A stretch of DNA of 64,000 nucleotides, from the IMG/VR virus record IMGVR_UViG_3300044712_000815, positions 1 through 64,000 of that record. One strand, 5' to 3'. This DNA is from a virus. Below the pieces are notes generated by a model. The model was not told the DNA's origin and made no database searches. It saw nothing but the letters and a program-made list of their open reading frames with translations. Position 1 is the first letter of the stretch; every line of letters starts with the position of its first letter. Positions 38,984 through 49,460 of the stretch are shown here, piece after piece. The translations under genes were made by a program, and so were the position numbers.

Positions 38984-40120
38984 TCATTTCAAATCGTTAA
39001 ATCTTTTAATATGGTGAATTTGCTTTTCAGGATATTTTGGGTCAATAGTAATTTCACCACCAAGTCTCATTTTTGCATTATATGCATCTGTTTTGCTAGG
39101 GTTTTCAATTATTATTTTGCCTGGTTCTTGTTCTATTTTACCATCTTCATATGTTTCTAATTCAGTTGCATCTAAATTAATATCAATAAAACTATCCATA
39201 GGATCACCAACAGATTCATTTGTATTACAAAATTCAGTTTCAAAATCGGATAAATTCATCGAATCAATTACTTGTTCTACATATCCATTATTATTATCTA
39301 TTTTATATGTTGTATATATAACAACATCATTTGAACTTATTTTTACATATAAGCCATATTTTATTTTATCACCATATTTATTGTATATGATATTTGATAT
39401 ATGTTTAGGATTACAAACATGTTCTAACCAATCTATTGTTATACCAGGTTCACCTATAATTTTCAAATTTGAATCATAATATAATAATCCTTCATTTATT
39501 TTGAATTCTTCTTTAACGAAAGATTCGAATTTTTTTATTTTTTTCATGATATAATTATTTTTTTCTTGTATTTTTGGTTGTACCACAATATTTTGTTGTT
39601 GTGATGCAGGTTGGGTACTATGAACTTTAACAGTGTCGGGTTGTGCTGGTGCTTGTGCTTGAACTTGGGCTACTTGTTTTTGCTGTTGTTCTTGTTGATC
39701 TTCTTTTTTTGCTATAATTTCATCATTATTATATTCAATAACCTTTGGATCAATTTCAACATCAATAAATTGACCACCACGTATTTCTCCCGCTAAAATT
39801 TTGCCTTTAAAAAAATGACCATTATATATAATACCCGATTTAAATGTTCCATTTCGCCATGTTCCATTATAAAATACACCATTTTGCCATGTTCCATATT
39901 TCCATTCACCATCACGCCAAACACCAAAATACCAATCACCATTATACCAAATACCACCATTCCAAACTAATGTATCTTGGAATATTTCAAGTCTAGCATT
40001 TTTTATTTCTGCATTAACCATCCAATTGAATTTATTCTTAACTAGAATTTCATCAATTTTCCATTGGTCTGTATATGTTTCACCGTTGTATTTTAATTCA
40101 GTATATCTTAATTCATGCAT
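38984..40120 (-). CDS. Protein with WxxG pentapeptide repeats, Gln-rich linker and internal CTS-like motif
   Basis: WNGGIWYNGDWYFGVWRDGEWKYGTWQNG; internal MKKIKKFESFVKEE. Confidence 0.6.
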   Translation of the reverse strand: MHELRYTELKYNGETYTDQWKIDEILVKNKFNWMVNAEIKNARLEIFQDTLVWNGGIWYNGDWYFGVWRDGEWKYGTWQNGVFYNGTWRNGTFKSGIIYNGHFFKGKILAGEIRGGQFIDVEIDPKVIEYNNDEIIAKKEDQQEQQQKQVAQVQAQAPAQPDTVKVHSTQPASQQQNIVVQPKIQEKNNYIMKKIKKFESFVKEEFKINEGLLYYDSNLKIIGEPGITIDWLEHVCNPKHISNIIYNKYGDKIKYGLYVKISSNDVVIYTTYKIDNNNGYVEQVIDSMNLSDFETEFCNTNESVGDPMDSFIDINLDATELETYEDGKIEQEPGKIIIENPSKTDAYNAKMRLGGEITIDPKYPEKQIHHIKRFNDLK

Positions 40121-40231
40121 ATTAAAAATTAATACTTTTTTATTATATATAAAAAATTGAAATTAAAAAATTAAACTTTTTTTGATGGAACCACAATGAT
40201 ATAATATATACAAGAAAATAATAAAAGTAAT

Positions 40232-41041
40232 ATGTCAGATAATGCTTATGTAGATAAAATAACAGGTGAACAAGTTAGAATTATAAGTGAAAATGATACA
40301 TTTTATGTATTAGATAATACAGTCAGTATTAAAAAAGATGTTTTTTCCAAAAAGTATGAAAAAGATAGTGGTGCGGTTGATGTAAATAGTTTTTTCAATA
40401 CTAAACCAACAAATGACCCATTATTAAATGTTGCTCAGCAACTTTTAAATATGGATACTAGTAAAATTTCAGATAATCCAAATATTGGTGGCACACAAGT
40501 AAAATATGTTGAAAAACCCATGGTTATTGCTGACAGTTCTATGTCTCAAGCTGTTGTAAAACAGCCACAAATGGAAGCACCCATTCAATTAACAAAAGAA
40601 CAACGAGAAGCAATGTTGGAACAATTTAGAAATACTATGGAAGGTGCTAAAGTGCCGATTGTTCAACAAAAATATAATAATTATGATGATGAAGATGAAA
40701 GGTTATTAAATGGTGATAATCCACAACCAAATAATATTCAAATACCAAAAGAACCTGTCAATCCATTGGAAAGTATGTTTAAGATGTTTAAGAATAATTA
40801 TACAGTAAAATTAAATTTGAATTTTGACGAAAAAATACCAAATCCTAATTTTATTGGAATGGTACAAGATAACGTTGAAGCTGATGCTATTGATTATTAT
40901 GCAAATTTGATATCAAAAAAAATATTATCTGATCCAAATATACTTAAAGATGAAATTTATAAACAACTTAAAGCTATTATTAATAAAGAATTGGGTATCG
41001 AAGAAGAAATTACAGAAATTAAAGAAGAAAAAAAAGAATAA
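40232..41041 (+). CDS. Hypothetical protein
   Basis: ORF track. Confidence 0.6.
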   Translation: MSDNAYVDKITGEQVRIISENDTFYVLDNTVSIKKDVFSKKYEKDSGAVDVNSFFNTKPTNDPLLNVAQQLLNMDTSKISDNPNIGGTQVKYVEKPMVIADSSMSQAVVKQPQMEAPIQLTKEQREAMLEQFRNTMEGAKVPIVQQKYNNYDDEDERLLNGDNPQPNNIQIPKEPVNPLESMFKMFKNNYTVKLNLNFDEKIPNPNFIGMVQDNVEADAIDYYANLISKKILSDPNILKDEIYKQLKAIINKELGIEEEITEIKEEKKE

Positions 41042-41043
41042 CT

Positions 41044-41436
41044 ATGGAAGATATAGAAAAAATAAATACTATTCGTAGAAAATATAACGAATATAATATG
41101 AAATTATATAAAATGTCAGGTGATTTAGCTGATTATTATATTGACAGGGCAATAGAATCTGATGATTATTCGGATATTTCTGGATTTTTGATTGATTTAT
41201 TTTCAGGAACAAAAATTTTTGATATTAGATATTTAATTACTAAATATAAAGAATTTGGATTAAATGATAAAATTGAAGATGTTGATTTTGATATTAAAGA
41301 ATGGTTTAGTATTAAAAATGAACTAGATGAATTAACAAAAAAATCAATAGGTGATTTTAATCATACTGTGAATATGAATGAAGATGAATATATTCAATAT
41401 ATGATTGATAAAAAGAAAAAAGAATTAGATCAATGA
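41044..41436 (+). CDS. Hypothetical protein
   Basis: ORF track; operonic. Confidence 0.55.
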   Translation: MEDIEKINTIRRKYNEYNMKLYKMSGDLADYYIDRAIESDDYSDISGFLIDLFSGTKIFDIRYLITKYKEFGLNDKIEDVDFDIKEWFSIKNELDELTKKSIGDFNHTVNMNEDEYIQYMIDKKKKELDQ

Positions 41437-41804
41437 TTTCTGAACAATACATTAATGAAGCCAAACGTATACGTAGAATATATTTGCAAAACATTAGGGA
41501 AATTGTTAAACAAGAACCAAAGGTGATCGAAAGAAGAAATGTTGCACGTAAAATTCAAGAAGAAATGGAAATTACTGTACATTCAGATGTCAATGATTTA
41601 AGAAAGTCATTAGAATTAAATAGTAGATTATTAGTGTTAGAAAAAGAAATCAACGCAATACAAGATATTATTAGACCATTCTACGATAATATTGAAAAAT
41701 TGAAAAATGATACGGATAGATTATATTTATCAATAAAAGAAAAATATCCAGATTTAGATATAGATACTATCCAAGAAGAAATAATATCAAATTTAGATGA
41801 ATGA
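41433..41804 (+). CDS. Hypothetical coiled-coil protein
   Basis: ORF track; operonic. Confidence 0.55.
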   Translation: MISEQYINEAKRIRRIYLQNIREIVKQEPKVIERRNVARKIQEEMEITVHSDVNDLRKSLELNSRLLVLEKEINAIQDIIRPFYDNIEKLKNDTDRLYLSIKEKYPDLDIDTIQEEIISNLDE

Positions 41805-42267
41805 AAAAAATGAAAAAAAAGAATTGATACAGTCGATATATAATAGAATTGATAATGATATTAAAAATAACAGATTGTTAATTGCGGAATTGGTTCAGAA
41901 AAAATATGGATCAACTGTTGATGTTGATGATTTTTTTAATTTACACAAAAAATCTTTATCTAGTTTTGCTGAAAAAATTGATCCTAACGAAATTGAAACA
42001 TTTTGTGAAGATGATTGCACAATAGTTAAAATTATACCACAAATTATAATAGATAATCCAATAAGAGATGTTAAAGATTATATTCCAGAAAAAATTTATT
42101 TTGGTGATGATTCAGAAAAAATTGGATACAAATCATTCCAATATTTTTGTAGTATTTTTAACAATAAACTCATTTTGGTAAATCTTGATGATGATGAAAT
42201 TATAATAACGGGTGATGATATAAGTATTAAAATGGAAGAAATAATTAAAAAAGTAACAGAATTATAA
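41797..42267 (+). CDS. Hypothetical protein
   Basis: ORF track; operonic. Confidence 0.55.
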   Translation: MNEKNEKKELIQSIYNRIDNDIKNNRLLIAELVQKKYGSTVDVDDFFNLHKKSLSSFAEKIDPNEIETFCEDDCTIVKIIPQIIIDNPIRDVKDYIPEKIYFGDDSEKIGYKSFQYFCSIFNNKLILVNLDDDEIIITGDDISIKMEEIIKKVTEL

Positions 42268-42484
42268 AATAAGCAAAAAATAAAAGAGAACTATGTTCTC
42301 TTTTATTTTTTCTTTTTGTCTTGTTTTTTGGCGTTATTTTTAGGATTTTTATTATCCTGTTTTTTATTGTCCTTGCCTTGTGCTTTTGATTTTGATTTTT
42401 TCATAATATTTATTTTTTTCATATATATTATTAAAAAATAATAAAAAAGTTCAGGGCATTTAATTATTAAATTGTCTTATTATT

Positions 42485-42943
42485 ATGAAAAAAATCATTT
42501 TATTTATTTTATTGATATTCACACTATGTAATTGTGTTACTATAAAAAATTATTATTGGCAATATAGTGAATATGATCTTATTAGACGTAATAGTTTATA
42601 TTTTATTCAATTAACTGTTAATAATAAAACTGCATTATTTCTTATAGATAGTGGATCAAGTAAATCATTTTTAGATATAACACAATATGATAAGTATGAA
42701 TTTATGTACATTGATAAACCCATCGAAAGATATATTGGAATTGGTGGATTTCAGAATATTTATACTGTTTTTGGTTATGAAATTAAAGAAATGTTTGTCC
42801 CGATGTTAGGAATCAATTTAGAAGAATTGAATCCATATTTTAAATCCGATAATATAAAAATAACAGGAATTATAGGTTCTGAATATTTATTGACTAGAAA
42901 TGCGGTAATTGATTATGAAAATAATAAACTTTATCTAAAATAG
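42485..42943 (+). CDS. Retropepsin-like aspartic protease with signal/lipoprotein peptide
   Basis: FLIDSGSS and GIIG motifs. Confidence 0.8.
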   Translation: MKKIILFILLIFTLCNCVTIKNYYWQYSEYDLIRRNSLYFIQLTVNNKTALFLIDSGSSKSFLDITQYDKYEFMYIDKPIERYIGIGGFQNIYTVFGYEIKEMFVPMLGINLEELNPYFKSDNIKITGIIGSEYLLTRNAVIDYENNKLYLK

Positions 42944-42967
42944 TAAATATAAAAAAGAAAAAACAAT

Positions 42968-43207
42968 ATGAAATTACCACTAGAGTCAGAAAATCCAACT
43001 GGATTACATGGAAGATATATCGTTGAAAAAGTAAATGGCGAACCAATTGATGAAAATGCTGAATATTTTATTCTTAGGTTAGATAAATATGGTAGCGACC
43101 CAAAACATATTGCAGCATGTAGAAAAGCAATATTAACTTATGCTGATGAAATTAAAGATCACTTACCTAAATTATCAAAAGATTTAATTGAAAGATATGG
43201 CAACTAA
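42968..43207 (+). CDS. Hypothetical protein
   Basis: YFILRLD..DP...A...YAD phage motif. Confidence 0.55.
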   Translation: MKLPLESENPTGLHGRYIVEKVNGEPIDENAEYFILRLDKYGSDPKHIAACRKAILTYADEIKDHLPKLSKDLIERYGN

Positions 43208-43417
43208 TTTACACAATATCACAGAAGAAATTCTACAAAAAAATGGCATAAGATCAATTTCTATTATTAGTGAAGCATCATGGAAACCTATGATGCGAAT
43301 TAAATATTTAAATGGTAGTGAAAATAAAATATATGATAAGGAAATTGATAAATTTTTAAAAGAATTAAAATAGAAAAAACTTAATAAAAGAATATTACTA
43401 TATAGATTACGTTCTTT

Positions 43418-43779
43418 GGGGATGACTGGTTTAGACAGTTTTGTGAAATATGGTTATCAGCAGGTATCGCATCATCTAATAAGCGATTAATAAATTATGG
43501 GTAAAAACAATAAATGGCAAAGCACATACGCATATCGCTACTTCAAGATCAACTTATGCAGTTACTAGAACTGCAGTTGAAGCCGAAGTTTCTGTAGCCT
43601 AATCAGAAAATCTAGAAATCTTTTAGTAAACTATTTTGGGATCGCCAAAAATGTTTAGTGGATTTAATATTTACCATCAAAAAAATTATTTATTTTGTTT
43701 CAATTAGAAAATTGAAAATAAACCTGTAGAAGATGCTAAAAGACATTATTGGACCCGAGTTCGAATCTCGGCATCTCCA
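43418..43779 (+). ncRNA. ssrA: tmRNA with 28-codon tag (43516..43602)
   Basis: GGGGATG/CATCTCC-A acceptor with G3:U70, GAC..CCGAG-TTCGAAT-CTCGG T-arm, TAAAT before resume codon GGC. Confidence 0.9.
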
Positions 43780-43836
43780 CTAACTTAGCCATAAAAGCAT
43801 AAAAAGCATAATTAATTATATTATGCTTTTTTAGTT

Positions 43837-44049
43837 TTAAATCAATTCAATAGACACATTATCTATTGGATATTTTAATCTGATAGTAGATTCAGTATGT
43901 TTTTCAAACCCTAAATTTCCAACAACAATAGCATATTTTCCTTGAATATAAAATCCTTTTGCATAATAATCTAATCCGAATGGTGTTGGAAAATCTGATT
44001 TTTTTATTTTGACGTGAATTCCCGTGATTTCGTTTAATTTTTGCATCAT
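43837..44049 (-). CDS. Hypothetical protein
   Basis: ORF track. Confidence 0.45.
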   Translation of the reverse strand: MMQKLNEITGIHVKIKKSDFPTPFGLDYYAKGFYIQGKYAIVVGNLGFEKHTESTIRLKYPIDNVSIELI

Positions 44050-44312
44050 TTTAATGGTTTTATTCTTTTTTCTTTTTTGTGTGGTTTAATTATTTCTACA
44101 AATTCAAAATCTGTATTGTTTTTCAGTGCATTTTCATCGTTTTTGTGCCATTCTTGAACTGTTTTCATTCCATATGAAAGTATTTTTGTATATTCATATA
44201 ACTTATATCCAAATAACATTTTAATCTTTTCAGATATTATCGAATAAAAAAAATAAAATCCTAAAAAATAAAATCCGGCTAAAACTATTAAAAATATTCC
44301 TACTAGTGTCAT
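44046..44312 (-). CDS. Small membrane-anchored protein
   Basis: N-terminal TM segment. Confidence 0.5.
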   Translation of the reverse strand: MTLVGIFLIVLAGFYFLGFYFFYSIISEKIKMLFGYKLYEYTKILSYGMKTVQEWHKNDENALKNNTDFEFVEIIKPHKKEKRIKPLK

Positions 44313-44582
44313 AATGTTTTAATTTTAAGTGTATATGTTTTTAATGAAAAATTACCTGATAATTTTTTATCAGTATCAATAATATTTTTGTTATATAATC
44401 TTCTAGCGACATTTTGAGATATATCAACAGAATCACAATAAAAATATGCAGTGAAAGAACAACTTCCTCGGTGTGGATAATGAATTTGAACTGTTATTTT
44501 GTCAATATTATCTATTATTATTTGTTCATTTTTTGTCATTTTACAAATATAAATAATTTTTTTAATATATAAAAATAAAAAA

Positions 44583-45110
44583 ATGTTTAAACTTAAAACA
44601 TTTAACAAATTTAATGAAGGTGTTGGGGATAAATATGCTAAACGTGCATTTAATCTACCTGACATAGAAGAAGATTTTGAAAAAGAATATAAAAATACAT
44701 TATATGATGAACAACCATTTGGATATTCTAAAAGTTTTTCAAAAGTCCAACAAGGTGTTGCAATTTATAAAAATCCAAAAACATTAAAAAAATTTGATGA
44801 AGAAGTTAGAGCAATTTTAGATAAAGATGGTAATATTTATGTCGCAATTAAAGATGGTATGTTTGATCATGGGATGATAGCATATGGTGTCGGTTTTGCA
44901 AAAGATAGAATTGGTATTTATAAAGATTTAGATAATTATGTGTTATTGTGTAGAATATATAATAAAAATTCGTTTGGATTAAGTGATAGTAGCGATAGTT
45001 ATGCTAATATAAGTGATGATAATAGAAAAAAAATAAATGAAATATTATATAAAGCCAAAATTAAAAATCCACAATATAATTTTTATGATAAATTTTATCA
45101 AGAATTTTGA
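44583..45110 (+). CDS. Hypothetical protein, CTS-like N-terminus
   Basis: MFKLKTFNKFNE|G. Confidence 0.55.
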   Translation: MFKLKTFNKFNEGVGDKYAKRAFNLPDIEEDFEKEYKNTLYDEQPFGYSKSFSKVQQGVAIYKNPKTLKKFDEEVRAILDKDGNIYVAIKDGMFDHGMIAYGVGFAKDRIGIYKDLDNYVLLCRIYNKNSFGLSDSSDSYANISDDNRKKINEILYKAKIKNPQYNFYDKFYQEF

Positions 45111-45146
45111 TTTTGATTTTTTTATATATAAAAGAAAAAATAAATT

Positions 45147-45416
45147 ATGGCATTAGAACTTCAAAGAATAGACCCATATAATGAAACCGGAACAACAATA
45201 TATTATGGTTATGCTACCGCAGGTACACAAGATACTGATCCATTGTGGTCGATTAAAAGAAAAAGTATTGTAGCTAATGTTGCAAAATTTGAATACCCAT
45301 ATATATCAGGTACAACGTTAGCAAATACATATCCAGCAATTGATGTAAGCAATGTAACATATTTACAGTTGTCTGGATTAAATTGGAATGAAAGAACAGG
45401 TTATACCTATAAATAA
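45147..45416 (+). CDS. Small probable virion protein
   Basis: YYGYA..G.....WSIKR motif; late promoter. Confidence 0.5.
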   Translation: MALELQRIDPYNETGTTIYYGYATAGTQDTDPLWSIKRKSIVANVAKFEYPYISGTTLANTYPAIDVSNVTYLQLSGLNWNERTGYTYK

Positions 45417-45609
45417 AAAAAGAACTTAATATGAGACATTTGAAATTATTTGATATAAATTTGATATTAGTATTTGGTAGTGATTATGAATATAAGAAAG
45501 CTATTGATTTTTTTGAAAATGATAGTCAATTTTCACCTGACAAATATGATGATGAATTTGGAAGTATATCATTTTCATGCACTAATCAAGAAGACGCTGA
45601 TGCAACTGG

Positions 45610-45978
45610 ATGAAGATGATGAAGAAAATGAAGAATAATTTGAAACATTTGAAACATTTTGAAAACTTTAAAGATAATTTAGTTGGTTTTAGAATACCTA
45701 ATTATGCACTATCTTATATAATAAATAATGATCCATCATCATTAAGTGATGAAGAAAAAGAAGAAATAGATGTTTTTTGTCAAAATGTTGCAGATGAATA
45801 TGGTAATGCCAATTTTTTATCAGGTGATGAAGAAGATGATAATTTGGGATTTTGCCAAACGAATGATATAAATATCTTGGGTGATAATTGTGTAAGATTA
45901 TATATCAAACCAAATACACCAGAAGAAATTAAAAAAATGAAATTAAATAAAAAAGTAAAAAAATATAATATAATATAA
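45610..45978 (+). CDS. Hypothetical protein (probable TTG start at KHLKHFEN), KKYNII end
   Basis: IPNYALSYIINNDPSSL..E. Confidence 0.5.
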   Translation: MKMMKKMKNNLKHLKHFENFKDNLVGFRIPNYALSYIINNDPSSLSDEEKEEIDVFCQNVADEYGNANFLSGDEEDDNLGFCQTNDINILGDNCVRLYIKPNTPEEIKKMKLNKKVKKYNII

Positions 45979-45995
45979 AAAATAAATAACAAAAT

Positions 45996-46280
45996 ATGAA
46001 ACATATTGATAAATTTAATGAAAGATTGGAAGATGATAATCTAAATGAAATTGATAAAATTGATGAATATCCTTGTATAGTAGAGGTGGCAAATAACAAA
46101 GAAGATTTTTTTGATTTTGAGAAAAAAAAAGTTCGAGTATGTATAGGAAAACTTGGTAAAAAATTTGTTTGTATTAAATTAGAAAACAGGTTCTCAGAAG
46201 ATGCAAAAATACACATTAACTCAATTAAAACAAGGTATAGAATCTGGTGGTATAAGTGGTTTGGTTTTATATTTTTTTAA
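45996..46280 (+). CDS. Hypothetical protein, CTS-like N-terminus
   Basis: MKHIDKFNE. Confidence 0.45.
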   Translation: MKHIDKFNERLEDDNLNEIDKIDEYPCIVEVANNKEDFFDFEKKKVRVCIGKLGKKFVCIKLENRFSEDAKIHINSIKTRYRIWWYKWFGFIFF

Positions 46281-46295
46281 CTATGCCAGAAAAAC

Positions 46296-46341
46296 AAACA
46301 TATAAAAAACATATAAAAAACATATAAAAAACATATAAAAA
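46296..46341 (+). repeat. 11-bp tandem repeat (AAACATATAAA)x4
   Basis: Directly visible, intergenic. Confidence 0.85.
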
Positions 46342-46354
46342 ATAAATAAAGAAT

Positions 46355-47119
46355 ATGAAAAAATTTAGTAATATAAATGAAAGTGTAGAAACAAAATATG
46401 AATTGAAGGATTCATTAAGGAATGAAATTTATTCATTAATTGAAAATTCTATTTCTATTAAAATTTCAAATGAAGATTCATTAGACAAAGATATAAGTAT
46501 CAATGGCAAAGAAGAATTAGTTGAAAAAATTAAAAGTTTGATTGATGATGTTCGGATCAAAGAAAGAACAATGACATTGGAACACGTTAAAACTAACGTA
46601 TACAGAAATTTTGATATGAAATGGTTAAATGAACAAATTGATGGTTTACAAAAAATTAAAATTGGTTCGGATTTCGTATTAAAAGAAAATATTAATGATG
46701 CACAAGCTAATGATCAATTTAAAGCTGATGCACTTAATTATTTTGCTAAAAGATTAAATGAAATTGGAAACATTAATGGTTATGATTTTGATCATGATCC
46801 ATCTGATGGAATATTTAAATTTGTAAATGACAGAAAAGGAATTGTAGTAAAAGCTACACCATTCTATAATGATAAAAATGGAATACCTATCGAAGTTTGT
46901 GATATTAAAAAAGAAGATACCCATTATTTTATTCAACAAAGAGCGTTTAATACCGAAGAAGTATTATTTGAAGAATATTTTAAAATAATGTCCAATTTCT
47001 TAATTCATGATGATGAATGGATGAAAAAAGTTGATAATGCAAATGAAATGGATGATGATGGATATCACGTAAGTGAAACCCCACCTAAAGATACAGATTA
47101 CCGTAACATAACAATATAA
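46355..47119 (+). CDS. Hypothetical protein
   Basis: MKKFSNINES N-terminus. Confidence 0.55.
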   Translation: MKKFSNINESVETKYELKDSLRNEIYSLIENSISIKISNEDSLDKDISINGKEELVEKIKSLIDDVRIKERTMTLEHVKTNVYRNFDMKWLNEQIDGLQKIKIGSDFVLKENINDAQANDQFKADALNYFAKRLNEIGNINGYDFDHDPSDGIFKFVNDRKGIVVKATPFYNDKNGIPIEVCDIKKEDTHYFIQQRAFNTEEVLFEEYFKIMSNFLIHDDEWMKKVDNANEMDDDGYHVSETPPKDTDYRNITI

Positions 47120-47121
47120 AT

Positions 47122-47148
47122 AAAAAAGAGGCAAATGCCTCTTTTTTT
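47122..47148. terminator. Bidirectional terminator
   Basis: AAAAAAGAGGCA/TGCCTCTTTTTT between convergent genes. Confidence 0.8.
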
Positions 47149-47575
47149 ATTGGATGGTAATTGTTGTGCCTTCTTTTTTTTCTTCCTTAAATTTTGGTGC
47201 AGTAAGTACTAAAATACCATCAGTCATTGTTGCTGATATTTCATTTTTTACTACATCTTTAGGAATAGTGAAACTTCTTTCAAAACTAGATTTGCGAAAT
47301 TCTTTTCTGTAATAACCATCAAACTTATCTTCTTTTTTATCTTCAACCACAGAAGATATTTTTAAAACATCATCATTCAATTCAATTTTAATATCTTCTT
47401 TTTTTAATCCTGGTGCAGATAGTTCAATGGAATATTCATTTTCTTTTTCGTACACATTAATCAAACCACAATTACCACGACCTTCAAATAATGTTGTAAC
47501 ATAATTTACATCATCATCACCAAAAAACCTTTTTGCAAAGTCCATAAATGGACTGACTATTAAATTTTTATTCAT
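47147..47575 (-). CDS. Hsp20/alpha-crystallin small heat-shock protein
   Basis: APGLKKEDIKIEL, SSFERSFTIP, A..DGILVL..PK. Confidence 0.9.
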   Translation of the reverse strand: MNKNLIVSPFMDFAKRFFGDDDVNYVTTLFEGRGNCGLINVYEKENEYSIELSAPGLKKEDIKIELNDDVLKISSVVEDKKEDKFDGYYRKEFRKSSFERSFTIPKDVVKNEISATMTDGILVLTAPKFKEEKKEGTTITIQ

Positions 47576-47661
47576 AATTTATATATTTATTTTTTATTTA
47601 GGATTATTCCTAATACTAGTTAAAATGTCAAGACTTGTGCCATTTTTAAAAATATGTATTT

Positions 47662-48231
47662 TTGTCACGTTTATTTTATTTTATAGACAAAATGTCATTA
47701 TATAAAAATGAAACTTTTTTTAATTATATTATTATAAGTAATATGGAAAATATTATATTCACAATTCAAGATAAAGTTTATCTAAATCTATTTAGGTTAC
47801 AAGATGATTTAAACTATTGGAAAGCACACAACAAAAAGATTGTTTTTACAAACGGTTGTTTTGATATTTTACATCGTGGTCATATTGAATATTTAATTAA
47901 CGCCAAAGAACTTGGTGACATATTAATTATTGGTTTAAATTCTGATAATTCAGTTAAAAAACTTAAAGGTGATAATAGACCGATCAATGATCAAATGTCA
48001 AGGGCGTTGATTTTAGCATCATTGATGTTTGTTGATGCTGTTGTAATTTTTGATGAAGAAACCCCGTTAAATCTCATTAAAATGGTTAATCCTGACATAT
48101 TAGTTAAGGGTAGTGATTATATTTCAGAAGATATTGTTGGATATGATTTTGTTAAAGAAAATGATGGTGAAATATTAACAATAGATTTGGTTCAAGGGTT
48201 TTCAACAACTGATATAATTAAAAAATTATAA
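47662..48231 (+). CDS. D-glycero-beta-D-manno-heptose-1-phosphate adenylyltransferase (RfaE domain II / HldC-like); start probably MENIIF
   Basis: VFTNGCFDILHRGH, GLNSD.SV..LKG..RPIN, VKGSDY, STT. Confidence 0.85.
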   Translation: MSRLFYFIDKMSLYKNETFFNYIIISNMENIIFTIQDKVYLNLFRLQDDLNYWKAHNKKIVFTNGCFDILHRGHIEYLINAKELGDILIIGLNSDNSVKKLKGDNRPINDQMSRALILASLMFVDAVVIFDEETPLNLIKMVNPDILVKGSDYISEDIVGYDFVKENDGEILTIDLVQGFSTTDIIKKL

Positions 48232-48233
48232 AT

Positions 48234-48464
48234 TTAAATTATTTTTTTAACTTTTAACATTTTCACTATTTCTGTTGCTGCTTTAGTTACAGATGTCGGA
48301 TCTTTTTCCATGCTATCATCATCTGAATATGGTACATTTCGTAAATCTACTTCATCATAAATAATTGCTTCTATTTGATTGATAAGTTCTTCAAATTTAT
48401 ACAAATAAAAATCTTCTTCTTCTAAAATTTCTGTAAATTTTTTTATGTGGGTTAAATCTTTCAT
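48234..48464 (-). CDS. Hypothetical protein, CTS-like N-terminus
   Basis: MKDLTHIKKFTE. Confidence 0.45.
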   Translation of the reverse strand: MKDLTHIKKFTEILEEEDFYLYKFEELINQIEAIIYDEVDLRNVPYSDDDSMEKDPTSVTKAATEIVKMLKVKKII

Positions 48465-48624
48465 ATACGTTTTTATTTTATATATTTATATATTTATATA
48501 TTAATTATTTTTTACAAAATTTTTTTATTTCAGTTATTGCATATTTTTCTATTGGTAAATCATCCAATGAATAATACCATGGGTGATCTGATATTAAAAC
48601 TATATTCAAATGTTTTAATATATT

Positions 48625-49164
48625 TCATATATTATACTTTTTCATTTTTCTATCAATATCCCATTTTATATAAGATGGTGTTTCTTTTATTTTTCCATCA
48701 GTTAAAAATATTAATTCGTTTATTAAATTATCCCAATTAGATAGATGCATTACTACGTTATTCCAATTTCCACTTTTTTCATATTTTTCTGTCATATCCA
48801 TAAAGGCTTCTTTAGTATCAATATTGATATCGGTATCATTAACTATTTCATTGGTTTCCCTATTAACGAATAATTTTATATATGACCCATTTGGTAATCC
48901 AGGTAATTCTTTTCTTAATGGCTGATGAATTTTGGTTGAATCGTTTGAATTTTCTAAATAATAAGTTATTAAATTGGTTATATCATTTGATACATCAGAT
49001 AATTCTATTTCTTTTCCTTTAAGATAACATCGAATTCTAATAAATCCAATTTTTTTAAAATAATAATATGATCTAAATTCATAACCATGTTTAATAAATT
49101 CTGTTCGTGGGCAAGACCAAGTTATTTTTTTTATTAAATTTTCAAAATATTTGATATATTTCAT
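48625..49164 (-). CDS. Hypothetical protein, CTS-like N-terminus, KKYNI end
   Basis: MKYIKYFEN...KMKKYNI. Confidence 0.55.
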   Translation of the reverse strand: MKYIKYFENLIKKITWSCPRTEFIKHGYEFRSYYYFKKIGFIRIRCYLKGKEIELSDVSNDITNLITYYLENSNDSTKIHQPLRKELPGLPNGSYIKLFVNRETNEIVNDTDINIDTKEAFMDMTEKYEKSGNWNNVVMHLSNWDNLINELIFLTDGKIKETPSYIKWDIDRKMKKYNI

Positions 49165-49460
49165 TGATAAATTTTGATTTTTTTTGTGCCATTTTCAAAT
49201 TGTTTGTTCCAAACGGTTCTAGTTTTGTCATCTTTAAAGTCATCAAAAGCGATCCAAACCTTTTTCTTAACATATCCACCAATATTATCAATAATATAAC
49301 CTTTTGCTTTTATTATATTTTTTTTATCTTCAGATGTAATTATTTTAAAATCCGTTATTAAAGTTTTTGGATTATCCTTTAAGTCTTTTATAATTATTTT
49401 ATAATCAACTGTAATATATTTACCCGTTTCTTCTAATATAAACTGCTCGTAATTTTTCAT
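49161..49460 (-). CDS. Hypothetical protein, CTS-like N-terminus
   Basis: MKNYEQFILEE. Confidence 0.5.
   Translation of the reverse strand: MKNYEQFILEETGKYITVDYKIIIKDLKDNPKTLITDFKIITSEDKKNIIKAKGYIIDNIGGYVKKKVWIAFDDFKDDKTRTVWNKQFENGTKKIKIYQ

Noticed and set aside
45431-45640. Programmed frameshift between 45431 and 45610 ORFs
   Set aside because: No slippery site; more likely a small deletion, with an acidic tail (DEDDEENEE) left in another frame.
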